NCBI GenBank assembly: GCA_951406725.2
Contig: OX597819.1
Span: 83,824,001 to 83,888,000 of the forward strand
Origin: Octopus vulgaris
Taxonomy: Eukaryota
Length of the DNA: 64,000 nt
Direction of reading: 5' to 3'
Part shown: piece after piece, positions 13,210 to 27,112 of the stretch
Layout: every line of letters starts with the position of its first letter
How positions within the stretch are numbered: position 1 is the first letter of the stretch
Translations under genes and position numbers: made by a program
The notes under the pieces: generated by a model
What the model was told of the DNA's origin: nothing
What the model saw: the letters and a program-made list of their open reading frames with translations, nothing else
The model's database searches: none

Positions 13210-14751
13210 GTAAGATGACAGTAATGCATGTCGGCTGGTCTTTGTATTCAACAAGAGAATTTCTACACGATCATTCGACCTGCCGGAAATAGTAAACAAA
13301 TCACCCTCAAATCACACCGTACCGCCTTATTTTGGACAATGTAGTTTCTGATGAACAAAAAGACAGGATGGCTATGACTGGAACGTCTTTCATTATTGGT
13401 TTATTCGACTAGAGCTGATCTAGGGCTAAAGAACAAAAACCAAGTTGACCTCGGGCTATCGATAGAACATCTCTGTCCTGTCATGCAACTTGCAAATTCC
13501 CTTCAAGTAATACGTACCGTCTCAATTTATGCAAAGATACATTGCTCAATGAAGTTCTGTGTTCACAAAAAGACGAAATAATACATATTACTATAAGAGA
13601 AAGCCACCGAGAGGGCGGTGTTTCTTCTATGAAAATTTAGAACTATGAAAACTTGAAAAATAATGTGCGGGTAAAAAGCTCGCTTTCCAACCATATAATT
13701 CAGTCACACTGGGGCACTTTAAGCAAGTGTCTTTTACTGTTCCTCTAGTCCCAGGCCAATCAAAGCCTTTGTGAGTGGATTTGGTAGAAGTAAACTGAAA
13801 GAAGCCTGTCCTGTGTGTGTAATGTTTGTCCCACTACCACCGCTTGAAAACCGGTGCTGGTTTGTTTACGTCCCCGTAACTTAACATTTCGATAAAGAAG
13901 CTGATAGAGTAAGTACCAGACTTTAAAAGAAAAAGTACTGGCGTCAGTTTGCTTGAGGCACTTCAAACCACTGCACCAGCATGTCCACAGTTCAATGATT
14001 GAAACTGGTAGAAGACAGATTAGATTCGTAGTTTTTACTGTATTTTCCACATTTTTAAATGTAATTTTATTTTCATGGAGTGCATAGCATCTCGCAGCAC
14101 ACCAGTGTGTTTTACGGAACCTCTCAGAAACCACTGCTGCAGCAGAGTGTGATTTCAGGGAAATTTGGTTCATATATGCAGCAAATCAAGCGATCGCTCA
14201 AAAGCTCCCTTAACGGAAATACGGTTAACCGTTAAAATCTGAAACTGAAGCGTAAGAGAAACGAAAAAAACCTCCACGTGGTCACTCGATCAATGAGAAA
14301 CAGCAGCCAAATCTCACTCAACCACACCCAACTGTCTTAAAAAAAAAAGGGGTGGTGGAAGAACACATTGGCTATTGAATTCCTAGGTAGGCTGTGCGAA
14401 GAAAGACGGGATGGTTATCGCTGGAATGCATTTCAGGATAAGTTTGTTAGATTAAGGCTGAAATGGAATCAAGCAAGTATGACTAATTGAAAATACATCT
14501 TTTTTTCAGGACGAAATTTAAAATATTACCTCTTTACTCTTTTCAGTCATTGGGCTGTGGCCATGCTGGGGCACCTCCTTGAATGGTTTAGTCGAACAAA
14601 TGGACCCCCGCACTTCCTTTTTAAAACCCTGGTACAACCCTTTTGCCGAACCACTAAGTTATGGGGATGTAAAAAAACTAGCACCGACTGTCAAGCAACG
14701 GGAGTGCACAAACACATACAGACACACACATAGCTGTGTATGTGTGTGTGC

Positions 14752-14793
<42 letters not shown>

Positions 14794-14860
14794 AATCGCC
14801 ATGATTGATCGCTAGCCACTAAACCTTTTTTATTTTCCATCCCTGTATATTTCTGTGTTC

Positions 14861-14896
14861 CTTTCTGTTGAAGAGCGAAGGCTCGAAACGTAAAAG
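14861..14896 (+). ncRNA. Degenerate minimal hammerhead motif, second copy of the 4215-4410 element
   Basis: cttt-CTGTTGA-a-GAGC(gaag)GCTC-GAAA-cg-TA-aaag. Element ~14791-14940 again lies between microsatellites. Confidence 0.5.
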
Positions 14897-14939
14897 ACTT
14901 TCTCACTTCCCGAGCGTTAAACTAATACATGTGTTTGTG

Positions 14940-15023
<84 letters not shown>

Positions 15024-15087
15024 CATGTGTTTGTGTTTACACACACACACACACACGCACATATATATATATATATATACATACATA

Positions 15088-15325
15088 GTGGAGGCGCGTG
15101 GCTTAGTGGTTAGGGTGTCAGCATCATGATCGTAAGATTGTGGTTTCGATTCCTGGACCAGTCGACGCATTGTGTTCTTGAGCAAAACACGTGCACTCAG
15201 CTGGCAAAAATGAGTAACGCTGCAATGGACTGGCGTCCCGTCCAGCTGGGGAACACATACGCCATTGAAACCGGGAAACCTGGCCCATGAGCCTGGCTAG
15301 GCTTTAAAAGGGCGCATTTATTATT
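15088..15325 (+). mobile_element. tRNA-derived SINE family C
   Basis: tRNA-like head tggcttagtggttagggtg...ggtttcgattcctgg. Near-identical inverted copy at 43011-43270. Confidence 0.85.
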
Positions 15326-16224
15326 TATATTTATATATAGTATATATATATATATATTATGTGTGTGTGTTGCTGGCTAGTCAATTGTGTCTTGTTCAAT
15401 TGCCATCCAGATATACTTTAGTTGACTAAATTTTAGTCAACACCCAAATAGAGAGATGTACCTATGTCGTATTCTTGGCCAACGAAAAGAAAAAAAAACA
15501 GAGATCAGCCGCATTAGTTTCAATTCTATGTTTAGACTTCATCAGCTACTAGGTACCATCTTTAACTGTCGGCGGAGACTCTGCATATAAACCTAATATT
15601 TCTAATCAGATAAGGTGGTGAGCTAGTTGAATCGTTAGCACGCCGGGCGGGTTTCATCCTTTCACAATCAGAGCACTAGGGTCGATGTAATCGACTTACC
15701 CTCTCCCCGAAATTACAAGCCTTGTGCCAAAATTTGACACCAAAATTTATAATCAGATATACCGATAAAGCGGTTTTGACAGCTAGTTAAAATGATATAT
15801 TATTGGTATGTTAAGTGTTTTGTTTTAATGCGACACCGTACATACAGGATATATCTATAGATTTTAGCCAACAACCGCCTTGTTTGATATTAAACAATGT
15901 CAGTCTATCGATTTAATTAAGCTATTGGTATAAAAATGGGTTTATAAGTCATATTCTGTGCGGGTAGTTAAAGGTGTTCGGAAGCTAACGAAATCCCGTC
16001 ACGAGAATAAGACTAGTTAGTCCAGCTAATCTCTCTTTTTCTGCTCACGAAGAATATTGTATATAAAATAGTGTTTACACCTACCTATTTACTTATAGTA
16101 CTCACTAAAATCTGTGGTTGTATTCCGTAGCACAGTATAACACGTGCGTTTGTGTTTATGTATGTATACACCCACACATTATACATACATACATACACAC
16201 ACATACATACACACATGTATGCAC

Positions 16225-16688
16225 ACATACATACATACATACATACATACATACATACATACATACATACATACATACATACATACATACATACATACAT
16301 ACATACATACATACATACATACATACATACATACATACATACATACATACATACATACATACATACATACATACATACATACATACATACATACATACAT
16401 ACATACATACATACATACATACATACATACATACATACATACATACATACATACATACATACATACATACATACATACATACATACATACATACATACAT
16501 ACATACATACATACATACATACATACATACATACATACATACATACATACATACATACATACATACATACATACATACATACATACATACATACATACAT
16601 ACATACATACATACATACATACATACATACATACATACATACATACATACATACATACATACATACATACATACATACATACATACAT
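16225..16688. repeat. Long uninterrupted (TACA)n microsatellite (~460 bp)
   Basis: Directly visible. Confidence 0.97.
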
Positions 16689-19654
16689 GTTCTTGTGTCA
16701 TCCAATGTTAGGTAATTGATATTCGATCTTTAAATCAAGCATTTTGAAACTTATAGTCGCAATGGATTGACAAGGTTTTTTTTAAATACAAAATGTACAT
16801 TTGCTTGTGTATGTGTGCCTGTGTTTGACACAGTACGGGTTATCGATATTCGTATTGTCAAATTATTCTAAGATAAAATTTGCAACCCAATTGAAATATT
16901 CAGGATGTGGTAAAAAAAAAAAACTCACGATTTCACCATCATTGATTAATGTTTTAATAGCAAACACAACGATGTACACCAGTCCTAAACCATAATGATA
17001 ACTGAACAAAAACAGTAAACCATTAGCTACATGTATATACTATTACCATCTGCCTAACTTCATTAGCATCACATTAAAGGATGTGTAAAATACGGGAGGT
17101 TTTTCTGCCGTTGTCTGTACTTTGACCGATATCGCTGATCAAATTCCACCCCACTTTCCTTTTGCAAGCAATGCTTTTGGCATGGCCACTGTCCAATAAC
17201 TGGAACCAGTAAAAGTATATGGTTGAAAAATCTGCATATTAGTCGATAGTTATTCCTGCCCTGATCACCAGCATTACGTTGATTCCACCCACTGTCAATA
17301 CACATAGCTTTCCATGGTCCAGCTCAGTCGGGGACTAACAACAGAGCATCTATACGGTCAGTGGACATGCTAGAACTAACAGCCAAATTTTTTTCCATAA
17401 ACACCATACTATCTTAAAATAGGAAGGCTAGACACATCATATAACGTAGTCCGCAATATACAAATAGACAGACTGGTCAAGGCCGGAATGCCGTTGATCA
17501 GGATTTGTTTAGTTCGAACTTATTACAAATCCAAGAGAAGGTATAACCAGAGAGATGTAAAGTCCCTTTCGTTTAATATAAATGCTATGCCCTTGTGTAC
17601 TAAACTATATCTACGAAATCCAATCCTCTAGCATGAAGAGGTTTCCTTGTTTGTTTTTTTCCCTGTTTTTAATTTATTTATTTTTTTATATATGACAAGC
17701 GCGTGACCAGTTCTGAGAGTCTGGATATTTTTTCATTAAGCAAGATTTTTTTCCCAGTACGATAGATGGGTGTGCATGTGTGCTCCAGTAACTTTTTAAA
17801 TATATGTATTTAACACAGTACAGCAGTCACTCGCTAAACAAGTAGAAAACGAAATCTGTGTGTGTTTGTGTGTGTGATATTATTTGTGTTTGTGATTATT
17901 TGTGTCCGTGTGTGCGAGCGAGTTGCTGGTTATTAAAGTTGGACGTCAGGAAGTAAAAGGCAACAGAACGAACGACAGAAGAGGAAAAGTGGAGAGAGAA
18001 AAATAGACAAAAAGCTAACAATTCTCGAAATGTTGTCGATCGTTAATTTCTGGACGAAAACATAGATTTAAGAATACAAAGATTCCTGTACACGTTTAAT
18101 GTTTTCAACGACAATACTCACTCCGTATAGCTTAACTGAGGAAAGAGACGAAACTTTTTCGCAGTTGTTGTTTCGCCCCCGGTCACCTCTGAGCAAGCAG
18201 ACCTATTGATCAAAAGCTTTTCAGCCATGGCCATATAGACTTGCTTTTCAGTCTTAGTGTATCCTGGATTACACTCTACATACGCTTCCCTGCGCTTGAT
18301 AGGAAATCGTTATTTTAACTTTTTGACGCGATGCCCTATTAGAGCGTAAATACTTTTAAATTTTTAAACTTTTAAATTTTAGAAATAATTAAACAGGATT
18401 TTTTTTTTCACATCAAACTTAGTAAAGACGCATTTTTTTCACTCCATAACGCAAAGAACTTGAACCATTTCAAAAGAAATTCTATGGAAACGTGTTCATC
18501 AGTCACATTTGTGTGACTGGTTTAGATAACTCAGTACTAAAACTAAACATGAATACTCATACAAATTTTATAACACTATAATTGCGATTAACTCAAGTTT
18601 CTACAGAATTAGGATCCTAGTATTAAGTATAATGAGAGAAAATATTTTACGCTTAACGTTAAAAAAATATTTTACTAGTCATTAAGAAATTGACCGTTAC
18701 CCAGTGTATACTTTTTATAATTCATTATTATTATTATTTAAGAGATTTAGCTCCTGTTTCTAGTAGGTCTAGCAACTGCGTAAAGGACTCGTTTGATTGC
18801 GCAGTGTTTTTCAACTGATGTACCAACGAAAATGTTTGGAAGAAGCGACAGATTTACTAGATTTAGAATTCGAACCCATAATACCTTTGGAACATTGATA
18901 AATTTCTCTACAATAGATATAAAGCCCCGAGGAACATAAATAAAATGAAAATAAACTTCTAAGAGAACTATTTAGGGATGTCACCGATAGAAAATATATA
19001 ACTTAGGATACATCGAAGTAGTTTTCGAAAACAGTTACGAAGAAAATATGTACAGCGCATCATTGGGGTTTTTTTAATCAAGATGATCAACAGACACTAG
19101 AATTAATGTTTATAAGTTCCTGTACGTATAAGAAGAAATATAAAATTTTACTTCAGTGAAACAGAACTATACGAAGAGTTGATAACAACTGTAGTTTATG
19201 AAATGACGTTTACAGTATTACAACATGGCTGAGAGAAAAACACCAGAGGGAAGTGTTTATATTTTAAATACAAATATTATGGGAATCGTGCATATGTCAT
19301 AGACTGAACGAAAAACTTTTGCCTGTGAAAAACATTTTTCATAAGTTTGTCATGAATGTCTGTGCTTGTTTTCAGATTTAATTAGACCTTGTGCCATAAC
19401 GTTCTTAGTAATATAATGCTTTCCTTACATAAGTCCCCAAATTACCCTGGTCGTTAAAAAGTAGGAATACGTATCATGATGCATGACCCCCAGGGAAATA
19501 TGTCCTGTGCATCATGTGATAAACAGGACAGGCAAAGGGTTAACTGAAACTAACAATTCAGTGACCGCGATGTACCTAGGCCAAAAATGTGTTCTGTCGT
19601 TTTGTGTATGCCTATGTCTATGTCTCTAGGTTACTGGAAATAAAATTTGACAAT

Positions 19655-19700
19655 TGCCGTGCTGATGACGCCTATTGAGGCAGAAAAACGTGTGTACGAC
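19655..19700 (+). ncRNA. Degenerate type I minimal hammerhead motif
   Basis: tgccgtg-CTGATGA-c-GCCT(attg)AGGC-a-GAAA-aacgtgtg-TA-cgac: canonical core and stem II; stems I and III eroded. Confidence 0.5.
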
Positions 19701-20420
19701 TGTCTCCTAATTCCCAAACAATAAGCCTGTCCTTTCCCTTAATCGCATGATTTTTTATTCTTTAGATTATCTCCCTTCCTCATATGGAGCTGCTCTCAAT
19801 TGCCATTTGGTAAATTATGACATCCTCTAGAAGAGGAAATAATTTTAATAAATCAAGAATTCATATCGTATGGTATCTGATATACCTGTTCATATACATA
19901 CTACTGGCCACTCTAAAATACTTTGCTTGGCTCATTTTTGTTTAACACATGTATGTATGGCTTGATGTAATCTGTTCGTGTGTATGTATATATTATTGAA
20001 ATGATAGATTCAGTCGATTATGTTCTCTACTTTTTTCGCCCTAGGCCAGATTTTAATAGACAAGCTGGCGATCGAAGGTTTTTCGTCCATAACTCCACCA
20101 CCACCACCACCACCACCACCTTTTTTTAAAGGCAGTAAAGACTGATTTGAGGAAGAATTCGTGGCTATGTCTAACACGTCACCTCTGAAGAACTGATGTT
20201 CATATAGTGGTGAATAGTCACTGGCACTTTCTAAGTGCCTTTAACCCTTTGCTTGTCCAAAGCATTTCCATAATTTTGTCCTAAACGTCCATGCATGTTT
20301 TCAGATTTAGTTAACTTTTTTTCCGTACGTTCGGAATAATATAAAGCTTTCCTTTTATAAGTTCCAAGTTACCCTGGTGTTTAAAAGATTGTAGAATGTG
20401 TATCATATATGATGCATGGA

Positions 20421-20467
<47 letters not shown>

Positions 20468-20471
<4 letters not shown>

Positions 20472-21379
20472 GACCTGCTTCCACACAGTTTCCGTCTACC
20501 AAATTCGCTCACATGGCGTGGTTGGCCCGGACTACAGTAGAAGACATATGCCCAAAGTGCGCACAGTGAGACTGAACTCGAAGCCACGTAACTGCAACGC
20601 GAGCTTCTTAACCACACAGCTATGCCTGCGCCTTACGTCAGAGAATAATAATAAAATTACCCTGATATCGTCCCCTATTGTCATACGAAAAACAAATAAA
20701 ATGGACATTTTTAAAAATATAATCTTGGATTGACTAGTCTAAAATATCCGGGCTAGGGAGCCCGATTATTTGCATCTTTCTCTCTCCCTCTCACTAGTTT
20801 CATATACCCTAAAAAAAAGTCACGAGCAGTATGTACCCTTCCTCCTCTGACTAAATCATTTTTAAAAAATGAGAGTGAAATACCACTAGAATGATTTAAA
20901 GCTCTTTTGATTCACATGGAGACTTCTTTCAGCTTCATGAAAGATTGTCTCCAATCTTTACAGCTTAAACGTGACAACCAGGCTATAAAAGAGTGTGGTT
21001 TAGTCACATCGACTGAAAAACAAACAAACAAACTACTTTTTAAAGTAATGGATCTGAAAAGCAATTTTGTTCCGCCTTACCAAATAGCTTTCGGACCCTA
21101 TGGTGACGAGCAAAATTAGTAGTGTCGAATGGAAACTCCTACGAGGCTATCTTTTATCCTTTTTATCTTCTATATTGGTTTCAGTCATTGGACTGCGACC
21201 AAGCAAGAGTATCGCCTTGAATAGTTTAATTGAACAAATTGGGTTAGAACTTGTATTTTTTCCTAATTGTGGTACTTATTCTGTCGGCCCTTTTGTGGAA
21301 CCGCTAAGTTACAAAGACGTAAACAAATCAACACCGGTTGTCGAGCGGTAATGGTGGTGGAGGTGACACATACACGCGT

Positions 21380-21413
<34 letters not shown>

Positions 21414-21695
21414 GCACAAGTGACGAACTTCCACACAGTTTCCGTCTACTATGTTCATTCACAAGGCGTTGATCGGCCTGGGCTACTGTAAAAGACACAT
21501 TCCCAGGGTGCACGCTGAGGGTGTGAACTGGAAACCAGGCAGTTGCAAAGCGAGCTTCTTATCCACACAGCTATGCCTGTGCTTTACGTCAGAGAATAAC
21601 AGCAAAATATCCCTGATATTACATCCTATTATCATTTTTAAAAAATTAATCAAATGGATTTTTTATGATATAATCTTGGATTGACTGGTCTAAAA
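20468..21695. repeat. Local direct duplication of a SINE-A 5' end plus flank (~20478-20745 vs ~21428-21695)
   Basis: Shared ttccacacagtttccgtctac...ccacacagctatgcctg...acgtcagagaataa...aatcttggattgact. Confidence 0.75.
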
Positions 21696-22748
21696 AAATA
21701 AAAAGACGGTATGACCACGGCTAGAACGCCTTTAAACAAAGGTATACTCGTTCACAGATGAGCTGGGACTAAAATAGCTACATACCAATAACCACAGTTC
21801 TTATTTAGAGCTAAATGAACCAGACCATAGATAAAAGAGGATCTGGATTAAAGACACAACGTAATGATTGTAAGTGGTTACGAATCACCGCCTTTCTCAT
21901 CTTGTCTCTTAACCTAACGATTTATCCAATCGCTCCCTCTCTCTCTCTCTCTTTCCAAAAGAAGTAATCAATATCATTTATAGTATCGGAATCAACATCT
22001 AGTTGCAGACTACAGGATTACCAAAGATTACTGAGTGGGTTCCCGTTACTTTCTTCACATAAAAATATAAAATGTATTTTCATTGTAAAATATCATGTAA
22101 TTTAGAAATATCATTTAACTTCATTTTAATTAATCAATATACCTGGAGTGCATCTTGCACAATGCGTTTGTGTGCTGGGGAAGTGAGAAAGGAAAGTGTT
22201 TTCATGCGTGTGTGTCTGTGTCGGTATGTATTTATGTATGTATGAATGAATAAATGAGTATACAGAATCTGGGAGATTTTTACCCCGGATGTGCACTATT
22301 ATTATTATATGTTTTATAATGAATAAATATTCACTGAGCTTTTTCCTTTTTATAAAAAATTTCATAGCTTAGAATTAACGAGTTATAACTGGGACAGGTT
22401 GTTGGTCATTACTCGAAATTTAAACTAAATAACAGGGAGTTGTAACTTGTCAGCCCGCAATATTAAAAGTAGAAGTTTGCTACTGACAGACATATCCCGC
22501 CAAAATATTACGGGTATTTTTAGTGCGTGCGTGTGTGTATGTTAAAGGAGAGGGAGAAAGAGTGCCTACGACGAGAATCTGCACAGCCGGTCTCACACCT
22601 TTTATTTGCTTGTTTCAGTCATTGGACTGAGGCCATGCTGGGGCACCACCTTGAAGAATTTTTAGTCGAACGAATCGACGTCAGTACTTATTTTATTTTT
22701 GAGCCTGGTATTTATTCTATCAATCTCATGCTAACCGCAAGGTCCCGA

Positions 22749-23288
22749 GCGCAATTTTTTTCCCACGAGATTTCCGGACCCCAGTAATGAACTCATTTGC
22801 ATATATAGCCAATCAGAGCTCACATTGACCTTTTCAAGTTAACAAACACACTCTACCAAGTAAACTCAAGACGAAGAACGGTTTTGTAAGTCGACCGATC
22901 GCCAAGTTATGCCTGATTTTAGAAGACAAGTAATTAGATAGATTTGATTCAATACCTATTATCGGATTTTGTTAGAGCCCCATATGGTAAGGATGTGGAT
23001 GGGGAAAATGTGGGTAGAGGGTGATGTGTTAGCAATCCTCTCCCCTTACTGTTTTACAAAGTAAACAACAACGCAAATAACTACGCAGAGGCAGCCATGG
23101 TTGAAACAAAAACAAGAACAAGCATTCTTAAAAGGGAAAAGAAGCATGGTTCATTCCTTACCCAACTGACCTTATCGCCCATCACCCGATATGCGCTCAT
23201 AAGTTAGTTTGATAACTGAGCTTTGATTGGTTGTATGCAAATGAGTTCATAACTGGGGTCCGGAACTCTCGTGGGAAAAAATTTCGCG
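22749..23288. mobile_element. MITE with ~74-bp terminal inverted repeats
   Basis: 22749-22822 (ttttcccacgaga...ccggaccccag...atgaactcatttgcata...ccaatca) is the reverse complement of 23217-23288. Confidence 0.8.
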
Positions 23289-23974
23289 TCCCAGGCACGT
23301 ACATACATGCGCACACACACATACATACATACATACAGACATACATACAGACATACATACATACATATGCATACATAGATGTGTGTGTGCATATAGATAG
23401 TCGTGTAGTCCCTTGATTACCTATATAAAGTAGTTTTAAATTATGTTAGAATATTAGTGGGGAGCCTAATTTGGATATTTGCTTGTGATGGCTCATCATT
23501 GATTAAGCAACAATTGTGCACAACACGGCGTAAATCAGAACTGAAATAAATTTAAATAAAAGAGAACCTCATTGTGGTTTAAATAAGAATGTAAACACGT
23601 TCTATTCTATGTATGTTCAGTAAAACTAGAAGGGATGTCTCTTGACGGACCATTTCGCTCTTCGACGATTCATGAGAGAAGACATGCTCTTCTACGTTAT
23701 GTATATGTATTTGTGTAAAGTACTGTTTTTGATATATTATTCCTGGGTTTCCATCTGTACTTCGCTGTAAGTGTCTTGTTGGTCTTGCATAATTTGGAGC
23801 CTTTTCACGCGGAGAAGCGTCATGTGAGACGGTCAGGATATCAAGGCTGCTCTAAAATTCTAGCCTTCCTGTACCGCTTTCTCTGTCATTTGCAATAGAA
23901 TAGGCATTTCTGTAACCTGTGGTCTACCATATGAGCTAAATTTTCTGCTGAGTGTAGCTAGGATTTTATCAGTA

Positions 23975-24225
23975 TGTTTGCTTAAAGGTGCTGTGAGCTA
24001 TATACACTGCTGAGAGATTACTCTTCAGCTTATCCCTTATATTTGAGCCATGATCGACCAAAATTCTTGTGGCCAATATCAAGCTGGCTGTTCCAAATGT
24101 ATTATGGGTTCGAATCTAGACTGTTTGGGCAACTTCCATAAAGTCTACTGTTCTATCTATATAACACAAGTGCAATTAACTCAAGTTTTTACAGAATCTC
24201 CTAATATTATAATGAGCGTAGTGTT

Positions 24226-24259
<34 letters not shown>

Positions 24260-25210
24260 TGTATTTATCCAGAATCACGCCGGACGCGGAGGAGGAGAGA
24301 AAATAGTAATTCCGTGAAGGAGAAGTAGTGAGAGTAATAGCCCTGACTGAGAGGCAGTGAGAGAAAGTAACAGCAATGAGAGAAAGGAAGAGATGATAGA
24401 TGAATATTGAAGGAAGGAGTGAAAAAATCAGCGTTTGAACTCTGTGTGAGTATGTGTGCATGTACAAGGGAAGTATGTGAATGTTTGTATGTGTGATTAT
24501 GTACCTTATTTATATATACTACAATTAGCTGTCATTACTGACGGCGCGTAATCAGCTAGTTAAGTATAACGAGAGAAAATATTCTACGTTTAACGTAAAA
24601 AAAATATATTTTGCTAGTCATCATTAATAAATTTACTATTTATAGCGCAGGCGTGGCTGTCTGATAAGAAGCTTGCTTCCTAACCACATGCCTTCTAATA
24701 TAGCTTCGTGCTTGTGTTTGTGTTTGTCCCCACCCCCACCATCGCTTGACAACCGATGTTGGTGTATTTACGTTCCTGTAACTTAGTGGTTCGGTGAAAG
24801 AAACCGTTAGAATAAGTACCAGTATAAGTCTAGGGAGCGATTTCTTCGACTAAAAGCCGGTGCTCCAGCATGGCCACAGTCAAAATTACTGAAACAAGTA
24901 AAAGAATACCCAATGTATACTTTTTAAAGCTATAATGAAGTAATTTAAGAGATTTGACTGCTGTTTCTAGTAGGTCGAGTAACTTTGTGCAGTGCTTTTC
25001 AACTGATGTCCCAACGAAAATATCTGGAAGAAGCGACATGTTTGTTAGATTCGAATCCACAATACATTTGGTACAGCCAGCTTGATAGTGGCCACAAGGA
25101 TCATGGCTCAAATATAAGGATATATAAGGTCGATCATGGCTCAGATATAAGGATAAACTGAAGAGTAATCTCTCAGCAGTGTATATAGCTCACACCACCT
25201 TTGAGCAAAC
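23975..25210. repeat. ~150-bp inverted repeat arms (~23975-24120 and ~25045-25210) around ~0.9 kb
   Basis: tgtgagctatatacactgctgagagattactcttcag pairs with ctgaagagtaatctctcagcagtgtatatagctcaca; further matching blocks continue to ttcgaatcta/tagattcgaa. Confidence 0.85.
24197..24560 (+). mobile_element. Small Helitron-like insertion
   Basis: a|TC...ctaatattataa start followed by (tatg)n; ends in CTAG|T. Absent from the paralogous segment at ~18575-18700. Confidence 0.45.
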
Positions 25211-26598
25211 AGCCTTGGAGCGAAAAAATATGGAGATCTTCATGTCAAAACGATATATGAGAGATTTTGTTTCAATCGGCATTAACAGACTAAGTGGTAC
25301 AAGCCAAAGGAGAAAACGGCTGCAAATATATTGCCTGCACTGACCCGTAATCTTCAAACTTGCAACATCTGCGGGCTTCTTTGCAAATCGTTACCGGAAC
25401 ACAAAATGTCACATCGACATAAGCATTATGACTGACAAAGAAAGTGTAGGCTGTCGCATCCTCATACGTTGAAACCGATAGGAGAGTCCATCATATATAT
25501 ATATATATATCCACACACACAAGTATGTGTGTTCTTTTTTTCTGTTACATGAACAAACCTGGATGCCCTTTGACACTCTTAAAAAGACAACATACAGTTG
25601 AACGGAGAGATGAAGACGAGGTCGCTATGCATACATACATATGTACACATACTCAAGATACAAATAGAGATACTAAAAGGAAAGAAAATAAATACCTGAC
25701 TTGTCTTAAGGCTCACTAATTTTAAAATAAGTACTATAGCTTTCAAAAATAAACTTGCAATTTTCAATATAGGAGACGATATTTAAGAAATCCTCATCTT
25801 CCTCACACCAAGAAACAATAATTACTTTAGCTGAAATTCACATATAAGAGTCAAGTATATTAAAATGATTAAAAAGAACACGGTGAAATTACCGAGGGTA
25901 AAGGAATATCCGACGTTTCGAACAATGTCATCTGAGTAAAGTTGATGAAAAGGAAATAAAAGACAGCTGAATTTTATATCCTGAAGAACGGAAGACACTG
26001 TGAGCTACAGGTGTAGGTAGGAAATACTAAGAAAGTGAAACTTAGCGAGGGGAAGAGAAATTAAAGGAGGAGGAAGGTGTGGTGAGATGAAGTTAAAAAA
26101 AAAACTGGGATGAGAAGAAGGAAACTGAAGGATAAAAATGTGATTACTGAACTAAAGAGACGAAGGAATAGAAATAAAAACGTTCAGTTAAACCTGTCGG
26201 TGACATAGGTTCCCTTCGGTTTCAACTATGAGTATTTAGGTGTTCGATCAACCGGCTTCCTTGCTCACTGGCCTCTCTACAAACACGCGTACCGTTAACG
26301 ACATTCGCAAGTGGAATCAGTGAGACACATTGTGACCAGGTTGAACCTTTAAATTGCTGGTACAGTCGTCCGATGTAACCAATTTTATGTAAACAATTTC
26401 ATTCACATTTGATAAAAATCGTGGCTAAGGTAAAAAGCATTTTTCTGAAGATGCCACGAAGAGGGAAATAAATCCAAGACTTCGAGATTTCGACGCGAAT
26501 TTCTTAACCATTCGATATGTAGCACACACATGTATAAACATACTATATACATATATATATATATACACACACACACACATATACACATACCTATATAT

Positions 26599-26657
<59 letters not shown>

Positions 26658-26679
26658 TATATACACACACACGCGCAGC

Positions 26680-27112
26680 GATTTCACTGTCAGCGTATCA
26701 TCCACACTTCTTTGAAATCAGATACCATCTTGGTTTTCAAAACAACGAGAAAGCTAATGCAATTGGAGTTAAGTATATCGTTGGAAGAGAGGCTGGAGAA
26801 GGCGCAAGGAGTTGGCATAGAACTAGGTGTTTTTTTAGTGGAGCTTGGCTGTCGAGGATTAGTAAGTCGCACCCTGAGTAAGGCCTATGAAACCCTGAGC
26901 TTTACAAAGAATGAGCAGAAGAAGAGACATCAAGGAGAACGTAGAGGCTGCTCAGAAAGAATTTAGAGAGTTCTGGTTGAAAAGAGATCGAAGAGGACAG
27001 TATAATACTGTGTAGACACAGGTCTATACTTGATCAACCAGTGTCGGGTTACCTGCATAAAAGTGTGTTCTAAAACCCGAGACTCTAAATGATTTCAGGA
27101 TACAACACTAGC
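26680..27112 (+). pseudogene. 3' fragment of a HERO-like non-LTR retrotransposon (restriction-like endonuclease plus 3' UTR)
   Basis: KSDTILV...QLELSISLEERLEKA...VELGCRGL resembles the RPD...LELTVPWEE...EVGCRG pattern of RLE domains. The 3' sequence aaacccgagac...caggatacaacacta resembles HERO-type ends (from recall). Confidence 0.65.

Noticed and set aside
15088-15160. Functional tRNA genes at SINE heads (also 43200-43270 and 45965-46040)
   Set aside because: They run directly into SINE bodies, and I do not see a clean acceptor stem or a poly-T terminator.
16085-16719. Long ORFs (MYVC/HTYI repeats) here and at similar tracts
   Set aside because: Stop-free translation of microsatellites.
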